Of a stretch of 64,000 nucleotides of DNA, positions 1 to 9,674 are shown one piece after another; the first letter of the stretch is position 1; each line of letters starts with the position of its first letter. The translations under genes and the position numbers were made by a program. Source of the stretch: Clostridiaceae bacterium (GTDB taxonomy: Bacteria; Bacillota; Clostridia; Christensenellales; CAG-917). The notes under the pieces were generated by a model. The model was not told where the DNA came from. It saw only the letters and a list, made by a program, of their open reading frames with translations, and did no database searches. The stretch is taken from assembly GCA_031289315.1 (NCBI GenBank), contig JAITPR010000051.1, positions 6,426 through 70,425 of the forward strand, written 5' to 3'.

Positions 1-90
1 AAGCTTTTTAAACAGTTCGTGCCGCCTTGGAGATTTAGACGCCAACACCACTCTCATACGTTTAAACACACGCGGAAAACCCGCCGGCTG

Positions 91-1608
91 TTACAGAATT
101 TCAAGGTTTTTCCCGTAGGAGCGCCGGAAATCCGAAGCGCAAGTCAACGCGTCCTTGATTTCAAGAGAGCAATCCCCTTCTGTTTCCGTTTTCATTATAA
201 CGCTGTCGCCCAAAACGTCGCAGTTAAGCCCGGTGATAAGACCGCACATACTTCTGTCGAAGCTTTCGGCTATGCGCAGTATCACGGACAGCTTCTTGAT
301 AGCGTCGATATCCTCCGGAGTAAACATCTCGCGGTAACGCAGTAAATCGCCGGAGGAAAAGCTTGCCTTGCGATGCCCCGCCGCGACGAACGCCGCCATA
401 ACCAAATCTTTATGAGAAATACCGTAGAGGTTGCTGTTCAATATGATGTAACTGGAATGGTACTGGTGGTCGTAATATTTGATTCGCATGCCGCTGTCGT
501 GCAAAAGCGACGCCACGCGCAACACCTTGACGCAAGCGCGCGGAAGCTTGTGCAGCACCTTCAACTGCTTATACAACTGCATGGAGAGATAGTACACGTG
601 TTCGGCGTGCTGAACGTTGATGTCAAAGTAGTTCATCAACGTCATTATGCTGTGTCCCAACACGTCCGAAAGAGGCTTCTCCACGGTGGTCGGCACCGCG
701 TAACGGAACATGGCGCCTTCACGCAGTCCGCAACCGGAGATAATCACCTTGTCAAACTTCATGTAATTGAAAACCGAATTGATTGCGGCAAGCGCACTGG
801 GGAAAATATCCGCGCGCCCGCTTGAAAGCCCCTTGATTTTCATGGTCTTGTCAAGGTCGTAGGTCTTTATAGTGTCGTAAATGCCGGTCTTAAACTCGTC
901 CTCCGGAACGACGTAGTTGTGCGACATGTCGAACGGATAGCGGCGGTACATTTTAGAAATACGCCCTAAGTTCCTGAATGTGCCGCCTACGCCGACAAAC
1001 TGTGTGTCGGGTTCAACCTGCGGCAACCAACTTATTTTCTGTAGATTTTCCGTTATGAACGCTTCAATTTTTTCGGCGCGCACGGTGGGGTCGTCGCTGT
1101 CGTTTTTGAAGAGGTCGGTAAGCGTAATGGAACCGAACGGCAACGTTTCGTAATTTATGAGGTTGCGGCGGTTATAATAAATAAATTGCGTACTTCCGCC
1201 GCCTATGTCCATGATAAAGCCTTTGGGTACGTCCAACGAGTTTATGGCACCCTGATATACAAGTGTAGCCTGTTCCTCTTTGGTGAGTACCTTTATTTTG
1301 ATGCCGCAGTTAGCCGCTACCTCATCAAGAAAGCTCTTCTGATTTTTAGCGCGGCGAACCGCCGACGTCGCGTAGGCAAATATTTTGCTTATGCCGTTCG
1401 CGTCACAAAGCCGCTTAAACATCTTAAGGGTTTTTATCGTCTGTGCTATGCGGGGCGGTTTTAAAAAGCCGTCAAGCTCCATATCTTGCCCCAAGCGTAC
1501 GGTCTCTTTTAACTCGTCGAAGACGACAAAATATCCGCCTTCCATGATGTTGACCAGTACCAGTCTCGCGCTGTTTGAACCTAAGTCTATAATTGCAATC
1601 TTTTCCAT
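91..1608 (-). CDS. ppx: Ppx/GppA exopolyphosphatase with C-terminal HD domain
   Basis: ASKHA motifs IIDLGSNSARL, ATSAVR, DIGGGSTQ, GLREG; C-terminal LLHDSG HD domain. Confidence 0.92.
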   Translation of the reverse strand: MEKIAIIDLGSNSARLVLVNIMEGGYFVVFDELKETVRLGQDMELDGFLKPPRIAQTIKTLKMFKRLCDANGISKIFAYATSAVRRAKNQKSFLDEVAANCGIKIKVLTKEEQATLVYQGAINSLDVPKGFIMDIGGGSTQFIYYNRRNLINYETLPFGSITLTDLFKNDSDDPTVRAEKIEAFITENLQKISWLPQVEPDTQFVGVGGTFRNLGRISKMYRRYPFDMSHNYVVPEDEFKTGIYDTIKTYDLDKTMKIKGLSSGRADIFPSALAAINSVFNYMKFDKVIISGCGLREGAMFRYAVPTTVEKPLSDVLGHSIMTLMNYFDINVQHAEHVYYLSMQLYKQLKVLHKLPRACVKVLRVASLLHDSGMRIKYYDHQYHSSYIILNSNLYGISHKDLVMAAFVAAGHRKASFSSGDLLRYREMFTPEDIDAIKKLSVILRIAESFDRSMCGLITGLNCDVLGDSVIMKTETEGDCSLEIKDALTCASDFRRSYGKNLEIL

Positions 1609-1751
1609 TTCTCCTCACAACTCCCGCTACTGCGCCGAAAGCTTTTGCTTAAGGCTTTGCCGCTATTTTCATTCGTCCCCGACAAATGCGAAAAAGCCGA
1701 CCTCCGCCGCAATTTCGCGCCGCCATCTATCGTAATTTTATGTTTTGATTA

Positions 1752-1780
1752 ATTATATCACATACCGTTTGCACTTTCAA
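1752..1780 (-). promoter_or_regulatory. sigmaA-like promoter for ppx
   Basis: Minus strand TTGAAA-17 bp-TATAAT with TG extension. Confidence 0.6.
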
Positions 1781-1925
1781 GAGGGAATTACGATTAATTA
1801 TAAAAACTTGCAATTATATTTAGTAAATGCGAAAAATATACATACGCCAAGCGGCTATCGGCGAAAAAATTCCGTTTTTCGCCCGATTTATCAACTCTTT
1901 TTGAGTTTTCCCCTTCTAATAAGCT

Positions 1926-2270
1926 CTATTTCCGTCCTTTTGGCGGTGTGGTTAAATCATAACTCAACGCAATCAGCTTTTCCACTTCCGCGTCCGGGAC
2001 GTCGCCGCCCGTGATCACGGTGTTCCAGTGTTCCTTGTTCATGTGATAGCCGGGAATCACGTCACGGTAAGCTCCGCGTAACAAAACGGCTAATTCCGGC
2101 ATGCACTTTAGGTTCAAGCACACCCGCCCGTTCGCCTCGTAAATAAATGCAAAGGTTTTTCTGCCGTCCGTGTGCCGCATAACCGTCCAGTTCGGGTCGT
2201 GAAACGGATAGTCCTCAAACACGCCGGAAAGAGTCTTGCAAAACGCAATCAGGCTTGCGCGCGTCATCAT
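1926..2270 (-). CDS. MmcQ/YjbR family DNA-binding protein
   Basis: EDYPF, KTFA, NLKC, PGYHMNKEHWNT, SYDLT family motifs. Confidence 0.9.
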   Translation of the reverse strand: MMTRASLIAFCKTLSGVFEDYPFHDPNWTVMRHTDGRKTFAFIYEANGRVCLNLKCMPELAVLLRGAYRDVIPGYHMNKEHWNTVITGGDVPDAEVEKLIALSYDLTTPPKGRK

Positions 2271-2277
2271 AATACAA

Positions 2278-3102
2278 TCACCTCACGGCTATGCGCGTGC
2301 GCGGCGCAGTGCCGTTCAACACATCCTTCATCGGGTACGCGGAGTTGGCTATGATAATCTCCGTGCCGTTTGACGCCGGCGCCTTTATGTACTCTAGCTT
2401 AGCACGCGCTCCACCCGCTCCCTCTCTGCTGCTCCCGGAACAAAACTCCTGACAACGGCTTATGTTCTCCAACAACTCGTGCGCGTTCTTGCCAGATATT
2501 TCCTTAACCAGCGTTTTCGGGTCGCGTACGTCGGTATAGATGCCGTCTACGGACGTCAAAATCAAAAGCCGCTTGCTTTTGACGAGAAACGCCACTTGCG
2601 CCGCCGTTTCGTCGTTGTCGACGCATTCGTGTACGTCTTCGCGTTCGCGCTTCAACGCGGCAAACTCCATTTTTCGGTTTTCCTCGCTGTTCACCGTATC
2701 ATTATAGTTGATTATCGGTATTGCTTTCTGCCCCGGACACCGCAGTATGGCGTCGCGTAAATGCCGGCTCTTTTCCGCATCGTTAAAATGCTGATGCTCA
2801 ACAAGTATCTGCCGCACGCTGTAACGGCTGTCTATGTACTGTCGGTACGTCTGCATAAGTATGGACTGCCCCTGCGCGGCATAGTCCGTCTTATTATTCT
2901 CCGGCGTACCGTCTAACTCCTCGTCATTCCTCCGCACATAATCTAAGCGTCCTATCTCCACCGCGCCGCTGGTAACCCACGCCATGCCCGGCGCAAGCTC
3001 ACGCGAAAGCCTCGCGATCACATTGTAGTTTAAATCGCGATAATCCTTGTTTATAAGCGCCATTGAGCCTATCTTTCCCACAAGTTCGATATCGAATTTC
3101 AT
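2278..3102 (-). CDS. Glutamate 5-kinase-like amino-acid kinase (no PUA domain)
   Basis: VGKIGS, VTSGAV, AAQGQ, PIINYND, DNDE, LTSVDGIY; start moved to ATG 3102, preceded by AGAGGA RBS. Confidence 0.75.
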   Translation of the reverse strand: MKFDIELVGKIGSMALINKDYRDLNYNVIARLSRELAPGMAWVTSGAVEIGRLDYVRRNDEELDGTPENNKTDYAAQGQSILMQTYRQYIDSRYSVRQILVEHQHFNDAEKSRHLRDAILRCPGQKAIPIINYNDTVNSEENRKMEFAALKREREDVHECVDNDETAAQVAFLVKSKRLLILTSVDGIYTDVRDPKTLVKEISGKNAHELLENISRCQEFCSGSSREGAGGARAKLEYIKAPASNGTEIIIANSAYPMKDVLNGTAPRTRIAVR

Positions 3103-3427
3103 AATCCTCTCCGAAACAATTTCGTTTGTACCCGAATTATAACACCAAATTGCCGAAAAGAAAAGTGAATTTTTGTTCTTTTCCTCTCTCTTGTTCTTTT
3201 TGCTACGCGGCATTCTGCTGTCAAGGACAAACGGAAGGGAATATACCCCACCCGTCCCAAAAAAAGACTGGCTCAAATTAAGACTTGCAGTTCTACGCAC
3301 GACTAAACCACAACCGCACACCACAAAGAAGACCGGCTCAAATTAGAATCAGTTCAGCATAAAATTAATTTAATTTGTGTTATCGACTACTGTTGACTAT
3401 ATGCGTGTTTGCGGTTAGAATATAAGC

Positions 3428-5002
3428 ATGGCAACAATTTTAAACGCACCCCTATACGACGCGGTAAGAGGCTACGTAGCAAAAACGCGCTTCCATATGC
3501 CGGGCCACGGAGGAAACAACCTTGACGGAGGGTTGTATCTCTCCGCGCCTTTCGACATAACGGAGCTACCCTTTTGTGACAACCTCAAAAATCCGTCCGG
3601 CGTCATACGTGATGCGGAAATTTTGTTGGCGGAAGCATACCTTTCCGAGGACGCGCTCATGTTTGCAACCGGCGCGACCGCCGCAGTGCAATCCGCCCTC
3701 TACGCCGCACGCGAACGCTATGGCAAAAATGCCGTGATAGCGGATAACTGTCACTGCTCCGTGCATTCCGCATTGCGCCTTTTGGGCATGTCCGCAACCG
3801 TAACCGGCGGCGAACACAAGGGTTACGTAATCTCTCCCGAGGACGCGGCGGCGGCTTTGGACAAGTCCTCCGCGAAAATTCTCGTCATTACCACGCCCGA
3901 CTACTACGGGCGCACTCTAGACACGGCTAAATTCAAAGCGATTGCGGCGGAACGCGGCGCGTGCCTTATAGCGGACTCCGCTCACGGTGCGCACTTCGCT
4001 TTTTCTCCGCTCTTCCCGCCGCCGGCTTCTCAGTATGCCGACCTCACCGTGTACGGAGCGCACAAAACCCTCCCCGTGTTTACCGGCGGCGCCATCCTCT
4101 GCGGAAATACGATTTTAATAGCAAAAGCGCGCGTTTATAGAAGCGAATACGCCACCACAAGCCCGAACTACATCATTTTGGCTTCATTGGATTATGCACG
4201 GGCGTACCTTTCTATAAACGGACGCACAGCTTATGAAAGGGTGTTCGCCGATATACGCGCCTTTAAGAGAAGCCTTCCTCAATTTTCTTTTTTAGATAAT
4301 TCCGACTTCACTAAGCTTTATTTTAACTGTCCCTCCGCCGCGCTTGAAGCCGCCGGCGTGTATCCCGAAATGTACGACGGAAACGGTTCGCTTCTGATTG
4401 TGACGCCCTTCAATTCGCGCGCGCTTAAACCGCTTGTGGAAAAGTTGAAGTCCGTAACGCCGTTGAAATCCGTGATACCCGTTGCCTCAATCAACAAACG
4501 CGACCGCCGCGAAAATACCGACGGCGTTAAAATCCGTTTGGAAATCTGCGACGAAGCCCCGTCCGAAACTGAAGCAAAATCCGCAACTACCGCCACGTCA
4601 AAATCGGACGCTACACCTATGTCCGCCGCGACCGCCGCCCTCCCCAAATCGGAAGTCAAAACTGCAACTACCGCGCCACATAAAACGGAAACAACCTCCT
4701 CAGCCGTAACAAAAATCGCACCTCCTAAAAAGACTGCAAAATCTACGGAAAAGGACGTAAAACCTATGGGAAAGCCTTCCGCCAAAACAAAGTCACACAA
4801 GGGAAAAAGCCTTAAATCCGTTCTCGTGGAAATCGACGACGCTAAGGGATATATATCGGAATTCGACATCGGTTTATATCCTCCGGGTGTTCCACGCATT
4901 CTTGCCGGCAACGTAATAACAGCCGACGATATTATTTTCATGAAAAAAAATAAAAATACGCTTTTTAATCTTGTTAACGGCAAGGTTTGTGTTATAATAT
5001 AA
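3428..5002 (+). CDS. Orn/Lys/Arg decarboxylase family PLP enzyme with low-complexity insertion
   Basis: FHMPGH, DITEL, DSAHGAH, AHKTLP, TTSPNY, C-terminal YPPGVP; usual position upstream of tmk. Confidence 0.85.
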   Translation: MATILNAPLYDAVRGYVAKTRFHMPGHGGNNLDGGLYLSAPFDITELPFCDNLKNPSGVIRDAEILLAEAYLSEDALMFATGATAAVQSALYAARERYGKNAVIADNCHCSVHSALRLLGMSATVTGGEHKGYVISPEDAAAALDKSSAKILVITTPDYYGRTLDTAKFKAIAAERGACLIADSAHGAHFAFSPLFPPPASQYADLTVYGAHKTLPVFTGGAILCGNTILIAKARVYRSEYATTSPNYIILASLDYARAYLSINGRTAYERVFADIRAFKRSLPQFSFLDNSDFTKLYFNCPSAALEAAGVYPEMYDGNGSLLIVTPFNSRALKPLVEKLKSVTPLKSVIPVASINKRDRRENTDGVKIRLEICDEAPSETEAKSATTATSKSDATPMSAATAALPKSEVKTATTAPHKTETTSSAVTKIAPPKKTAKSTEKDVKPMGKPSAKTKSHKGKSLKSVLVEIDDAKGYISEFDIGLYPPGVPRILAGNVITADDIIFMKKNKNTLFNLVNGKVCVII

Positions 5003-5042
5003 AGTGATTATGTATGCGGAAAGACCGTCCGCACAAAATAAA

Positions 5043-5114
5043 GGGGCGTGGACAATTCGTGATGACAAAAGATTTTCTTAGCAGGCAAGTCGTCACCAAA
5101 GGATTGTCCGCCCC
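5043..5114. repeat. Palindromic dispersed repeat (REP/MITE-like), full copy
   Basis: Ends GGGGCGTGGACAAT / ATTGTCCGCCCC; related copies at 14907-14970, 41012-41046, 56172-56348. Confidence 0.65.
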
Positions 5115-5135
5115 AAAATAAAGCAGAGTAAAGTT

Positions 5136-5774
5136 ATGGACAAAAGAAAAGGGATTTTCATCACCTTGGAAGGTTGTGAGGGCGTGGGCAAATCTACGCA
5201 ACTCAAGCTTTTAAAGGAATATCTCGCCTCCACCGGACAGGAAGCCGTTTTCACGCGCGAACCGGGCGGAAGCGTAATATCGGAGCAAATACGCGCGGTA
5301 CTGCTCTCCCCCGAAAACTCCGCGATGAATCCCGTCACGGAAGCTTTGCTCTACGCGGCGGCGCGGGCGCAGAACGTAAGAGAAGTTATTCAGCCGGCAA
5401 TCAACGCCGGTAAGTTGGTTATATGCGACAGGTTTTTGGACTCGTCGCTTGCCTATCAGGGCTATGCGCGCAAGCTAGGCTTTGAACGCATATACGACAT
5501 AAACCGCTACGCGCTGGACGGGTTAATGCCGGACTACACGGTGTTTATCGACTTATCTCCGGCGGCGGCGTTCCGCTCAAAGGCTAAGTCAGAAAGCTTG
5601 AACGACCGTATCGAACACGAATCGGCGGAATTTCACGAGGCGGTTTACCGCGGCTACGGAAAGCTGGCGGACACCTCCCCCGACCGCTTTATACGCATAA
5701 TTCCGCAAAGCGAAAAAACTAAAACGGCGGAGTCAATTGTCGAAGCCCTGAAAAGCCGCGGTGTGATAAAATAA
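5136..5774 (+). CDS. tmk: Thymidylate kinase
   Basis: FITLEGCEGVGKST P-loop, TREPGG, CDRFLDSSLAYQG. Confidence 0.97.
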   Translation: MDKRKGIFITLEGCEGVGKSTQLKLLKEYLASTGQEAVFTREPGGSVISEQIRAVLLSPENSAMNPVTEALLYAAARAQNVREVIQPAINAGKLVICDRFLDSSLAYQGYARKLGFERIYDINRYALDGLMPDYTVFIDLSPAAAFRSKAKSESLNDRIEHESAEFHEAVYRGYGKLADTSPDRFIRIIPQSEKTKTAESIVEALKSRGVIK

Positions 5775-5924
5775 CCGCGTTAGCAAAAATAACCTCCGGC
5801 GCAACAAGGTGACCGGCGTGGGTAAAATAAACTGCGACGCTTTAAACCCGCGCGGGCGGCGTACCGTAAGGTGCAACAAAACGGCGCGGCTTATCGACGT
5901 CCGTCGGGCGGTATCCGTGATAAA

Positions 5925-6902
5925 ATGGATTTAAACGAACTATATAACGGAATATTAAAAGACAGCCGCGCCTTTGAACAACTCAAAGCCGATTTTTCGT
6001 TCGGGCGGCAAGGACACGCCTATATCGTCGTTTCCGAAGACTCGGAAGCCGTAAAAAGGCTTCTGCCGCTTGCCGTCGCCGCCGCCTTCTGTCTAGAACA
6101 CGGCTGTTTCGAGTGCGACGAGTGCATGCGGGTTTTGCACGGAAACAACCCAGACGTATATTTTGTCAACTATGCCGGCGACCGAATAAATAAGGATAAA
6201 ATCGCCGAAATAACCGGCGAGGCGAACTTAAAGTCGTTTTCCGGCGGAAAGAGATTTTTCTTGATTTTCCGCGCCGACCTCATGAACGAAACGGCGCAAA
6301 ACAAGCTTTTGAAAACGCTTGAGGAACCGCCGCCGGAGGTCACATTTATTTTGGGAGCGGCGACGGACTCATTACTGCTTCCCACAATCAAATCACGCGT
6401 GCGGAAGCTGTATTTGGACTCGTTTCCGGAGGATGTATTGGCAACGGCTCTAAGAAATAACGGCATAGGCGAAAGCCGGGCGTTGCTTGCCGCCGCTTGT
6501 TCGTCGGGACACATCACACGTGCCTTAGAGATAGCGCTTAACGAAAACTTTAACGCGGCACATCTAAAGGCTTTGCGCGTTTTAAATTCGTTGCGGCGCC
6601 CCGGCGACGTTGCGGAATTTATCTTTGATAAAGGCTTTACCGCCGACACGGGTGAATTTTTAAACGCGCTTGCCGTTCTTATGCGTGATATTATGCTGTA
6701 CGACACCGGCAAGGAGCTTATTGCCTTGAAATCTGATATGCAGGACATCGCAAGGTTAAGCAAGCTTTACACGCCGGACGCATGCGCAATAGTCTTACGC
6801 GCCGTCAACACGGCAAAGGAAAAGCTGTTCTTCAACGTGTCTGCAGCGGCGGTTTTGGAGATACTTTTCTTTGAGATTGTCAAACGACGCCGTACCGCAT
6901 AG
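5925..6902 (+). CDS. holB: DNA polymerase III delta' subunit
   Basis: HAYI, Cys zinc cluster, AQNKLLKTLEEPP, LLPTIKSR; tmk-holB-yaaT synteny; start placed at ATG 5925. Confidence 0.88.
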   Translation: MDLNELYNGILKDSRAFEQLKADFSFGRQGHAYIVVSEDSEAVKRLLPLAVAAAFCLEHGCFECDECMRVLHGNNPDVYFVNYAGDRINKDKIAEITGEANLKSFSGGKRFFLIFRADLMNETAQNKLLKTLEEPPPEVTFILGAATDSLLLPTIKSRVRKLYLDSFPEDVLATALRNNGIGESRALLAAACSSGHITRALEIALNENFNAAHLKALRVLNSLRRPGDVAEFIFDKGFTADTGEFLNALAVLMRDIMLYDTGKELIALKSDMQDIARLSKLYTPDACAIVLRAVNTAKEKLFFNVSAAAVLEILFFEIVKRRRTA

Positions 6903-7095
6903 GCAAAAACCGGCGCTAAATGCGGTTAAATCCGCCGCAACTAGGACGAACAGCTTAACCCTAAGCCGTCCTCGCGGATTGTCCGTACTAGAGAAATTTA
7001 ATCGCAGTCGAAAATCTCATTAAGATTTTTGTCCGCTCACCAAAAGCCGTAAAACGGCTTTAAGCAATATAAACGAGGAGTTAAAATCGATATAA

Positions 7096-7938
7096 ATGTT
7101 AGTTATAGGCATAAAGTTTAAAAGTAGCAACAAGGTCTACTGGTTCAACCCGGCAGGTGCTGATTTCGTAGAGGGCGACGGAGTAATAGTTGAGACCGCT
7201 CGCGGCATCGAATACGGCAAATGCGTTTCCCCTAATAAGGACGTGCCGGACAAGGACGTGGTTCAGCCATTAAAGGACGTCCTACGCAAGGCGACGCGTG
7301 AAGACGAGGAACAAATAGAAAAAAATATCCGCATGCGTTCGGAGGCATTGCCCAAAATCAACGAGGTTGTAAGGCGCCATAGGTTGGACATGAAGGTAGT
7401 CGATTGTGAGTACACCTTCGACCGCGCCAAGCTGATATGCTACTTCACGGCAGATGGACGCGTGGACTTCCGCGACCTTGTCAAGGAGCTTGCGTCGGTG
7501 TTCCGCGCACGCATAGAATTGCGCCAAATTTATGAGCGTGACGATACTAAAATGCGCGGCGCACTTGCCTCTTGCGGGCGTGAATGTTGTTGCTCCGCTC
7601 ACCTCCCGGACTTTGAAAAGGTTTCCATTAAAATGGCAAAGCTTCAAGGGCTTTCCTTAAATCCTCAAAAAATCAGCGGCGTTTGCGGCAGACTTATGTG
7701 TTGCTTGAAATACGAAAACGACTATTACGCAAAAGTTTTTAAAACCATGCCGAAGCTACGCTCCTCCGTGAGAACTCCGGACGGCGAAGGCATTGTGGAG
7801 TCAAACGACATCATAAAACAAACCACGCGCGTTAAAGTGCTGTTAAAGGACGGCTCGTACGACATTCGCACCTATCCTTTGGCGGACCTTAAAATTAAAT
7901 CCAAACAAGAGGAACCCTCCGACACCGCCGACGATTAA
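7096..7938 (+). CDS. ricT: PSP1-domain stage 0 sporulation protein YaaT/RicT
   Basis: VIVETARGIEYG, YFTADGRVDFRDLVKELA, CGRECCC, KISGVCGRLMCCLKYE. Confidence 0.93.
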   Translation: MLVIGIKFKSSNKVYWFNPAGADFVEGDGVIVETARGIEYGKCVSPNKDVPDKDVVQPLKDVLRKATREDEEQIEKNIRMRSEALPKINEVVRRHRLDMKVVDCEYTFDRAKLICYFTADGRVDFRDLVKELASVFRARIELRQIYERDDTKMRGALASCGRECCCSAHLPDFEKVSIKMAKLQGLSLNPQKISGVCGRLMCCLKYENDYYAKVFKTMPKLRSSVRTPDGEGIVESNDIIKQTTRVKVLLKDGSYDIRTYPLADLKIKSKQEEPSDTADD

Positions 7939-8079
7939 GTTCGCGCGCCGCGGCATTTCCGTTAAGCTTATACGCGTGCCGGCGTTTCGTTAAAGCGTTC
8001 GGGCTTGACTAACGCATAAGCTGTATTTGTTATAACTGCTCTCAGTGCCGCTTATACCAAAAACAAATCGTAAAAACCC

Positions 8080-8109
8080 AAAAAACGACGGAAAAATTCC
8101 GTCGTTTTT
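8080..8109. terminator. Bidirectional intrinsic terminator at the left end of the accessory locus
   Basis: AAAAAACGACGGAA-AAA-TTCCGTCGTTTTT between convergent genes. Confidence 0.8.
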
Positions 8110-8198
8110 GTTTGTCGTTTTTGTTCGCGGCTCATTGTATGTCACCGTATATTGTCCATACCCTTTTGCGTAAGCCAATCTTTCAGCGGCGAACCGGC

Positions 8199-9554
8199 TT
8201 ACCCTTCCAGTGATGCAATGACCGTGTTTAGGAGTTCTCTCACGTGTACGTAGTTCTCCATTGCGCTTTCAAGCGGGCGACTCTCGTCCACCTCCGCCAT
8301 AGACGTGCCAAAACACAGCATATTCGTCTTTATCCTGACAAAAAGTTGCAGACTGTAGGATTTTCCGATGTTAGTGTTTATCGCCATGAGGTTCATAAAC
8401 ATCTTCTTCCCGAACAGTTCTCTATATTCGTGTATGAGCGGTCTCATTTCGGTAGTCGCAGACACCGGATAGCCCTCGGCGTTTTCTTTTATGTAGTCGT
8501 TAATCTTAGCCACATCTGCGGAATTTTGCGCCAAGCGGCAAAGCTCTTCCTCAAGCTCGGCTATAAAGGTTTCCGAAGACTCACCGTAGTCGAACATAGT
8601 AACCACCTCAAAACCGCCCGCTTCCCTTTTCGTAGCAAAAGCGTATGGACATGGTATATTTTCGCTACTTAAAATAGCAAAGTCTTTATAGTATTTCGGT
8701 TTAATAAGCATCCACCTGTCCGGCTTATCGAACCTAAAATCCGGCACCTTGTCTTCACCGTTCCGGTTGCTTAATCCTTCCGCGCCGTCCTCCGCCCCAT
8801 CTTTCTCATCGTCCCCGCCGTTACCCTTTAATTTAAATTCTTTGCCGTCGTAGAGCTCCGAAAAATCCATGTCCATGTAAGCGCAGTTTTCCAGTTCCGA
8901 TTTTTTGTGTTCCGCAAGGTCGCAGAGCTCCGAAAAAGCCATGTCCATGTAAGCGTCTAAATCAAATTCATCAGCCTCTTCCATCTCTTCCTCTTCTTCG
9001 TTCTCCTCCTCCGCTATAAACTCGTTTTCGTCCTCCTCCGCTATAAACTCGTTGAAAAACAGAAACATATCCCGCATTTGAGCCATACAATCGTACAGCG
9101 ATAGAAGACAGTCCATACCGTCGGCGGGGTCATCAATTTTTTTGATAAGCTCAGTCCAATCGTCATGCCGTATGCTATGTATCCCGTGATACTGCATTAT
9201 ACTCTCAATACGCGATTGTACCTCGTATGACTCACCGTCATATCTTTCGTTTACGAAATCGTAAGTGGAACCGTTATCGGAAAAGTATTTCGTCCCGTCG
9301 TCATCAATAATCGCAATAAGAATTCTTTCATCTCCGCGCATGAACATCAGTTTGTCATCACGGATCTTAAAATTATTTCCTATCATGCTACGCATATTAT
9401 ACTCCGGCACACTCTTAGCCACGCGCTCCGGCCCACTATTAGCCGCACTATTCACAGTACTCTCCGGCACACTATTGACCGCACTGTTTGCAGTACTCTC
9501 CGGCACGCTCTCCGGCAGAACCGGTTTATTTGATTTTTCTTTATCGTCTTTCAT
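8199..9554 (-). CDS. Acidic hypothetical protein with internal short repeats
   Basis: 451-aa ORF with GGGA RBS; repeats VPES-x-NSA, NEFIAEE x2, AYMDMxFSELxD x2; FSDNGST segment weakly recalls DUF1828. Confidence 0.75.
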   Translation of the reverse strand: MKDDKEKSNKPVLPESVPESTANSAVNSVPESTVNSAANSGPERVAKSVPEYNMRSMIGNNFKIRDDKLMFMRGDERILIAIIDDDGTKYFSDNGSTYDFVNERYDGESYEVQSRIESIMQYHGIHSIRHDDWTELIKKIDDPADGMDCLLSLYDCMAQMRDMFLFFNEFIAEEDENEFIAEEENEEEEEMEEADEFDLDAYMDMAFSELCDLAEHKKSELENCAYMDMDFSELYDGKEFKLKGNGGDDEKDGAEDGAEGLSNRNGEDKVPDFRFDKPDRWMLIKPKYYKDFAILSSENIPCPYAFATKREAGGFEVVTMFDYGESSETFIAELEEELCRLAQNSADVAKINDYIKENAEGYPVSATTEMRPLIHEYRELFGKKMFMNLMAINTNIGKSYSLQLFVRIKTNMLCFGTSMAEVDESRPLESAMENYVHVRELLNTVIASLEG

Positions 9555-9674
9555 TTCATTCCTCCTTATATTTATGTTATTTACGGGTGTGTTAGACCCT
9601 TACAACACCACCTGCGAAGCCACGCGTGCAGTGTGTGGTTGGTGCCGTTTGTGTGGCGCGTAGACTTACGCGCC

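Noticed and set aside
3103-3324. N-terminal extension of the glutamate-kinase-like ORF
   Set aside because: Family similarity starts at MKFDIELVGKIGS with a good RBS; the extension covers promoter-like intergenic DNA.
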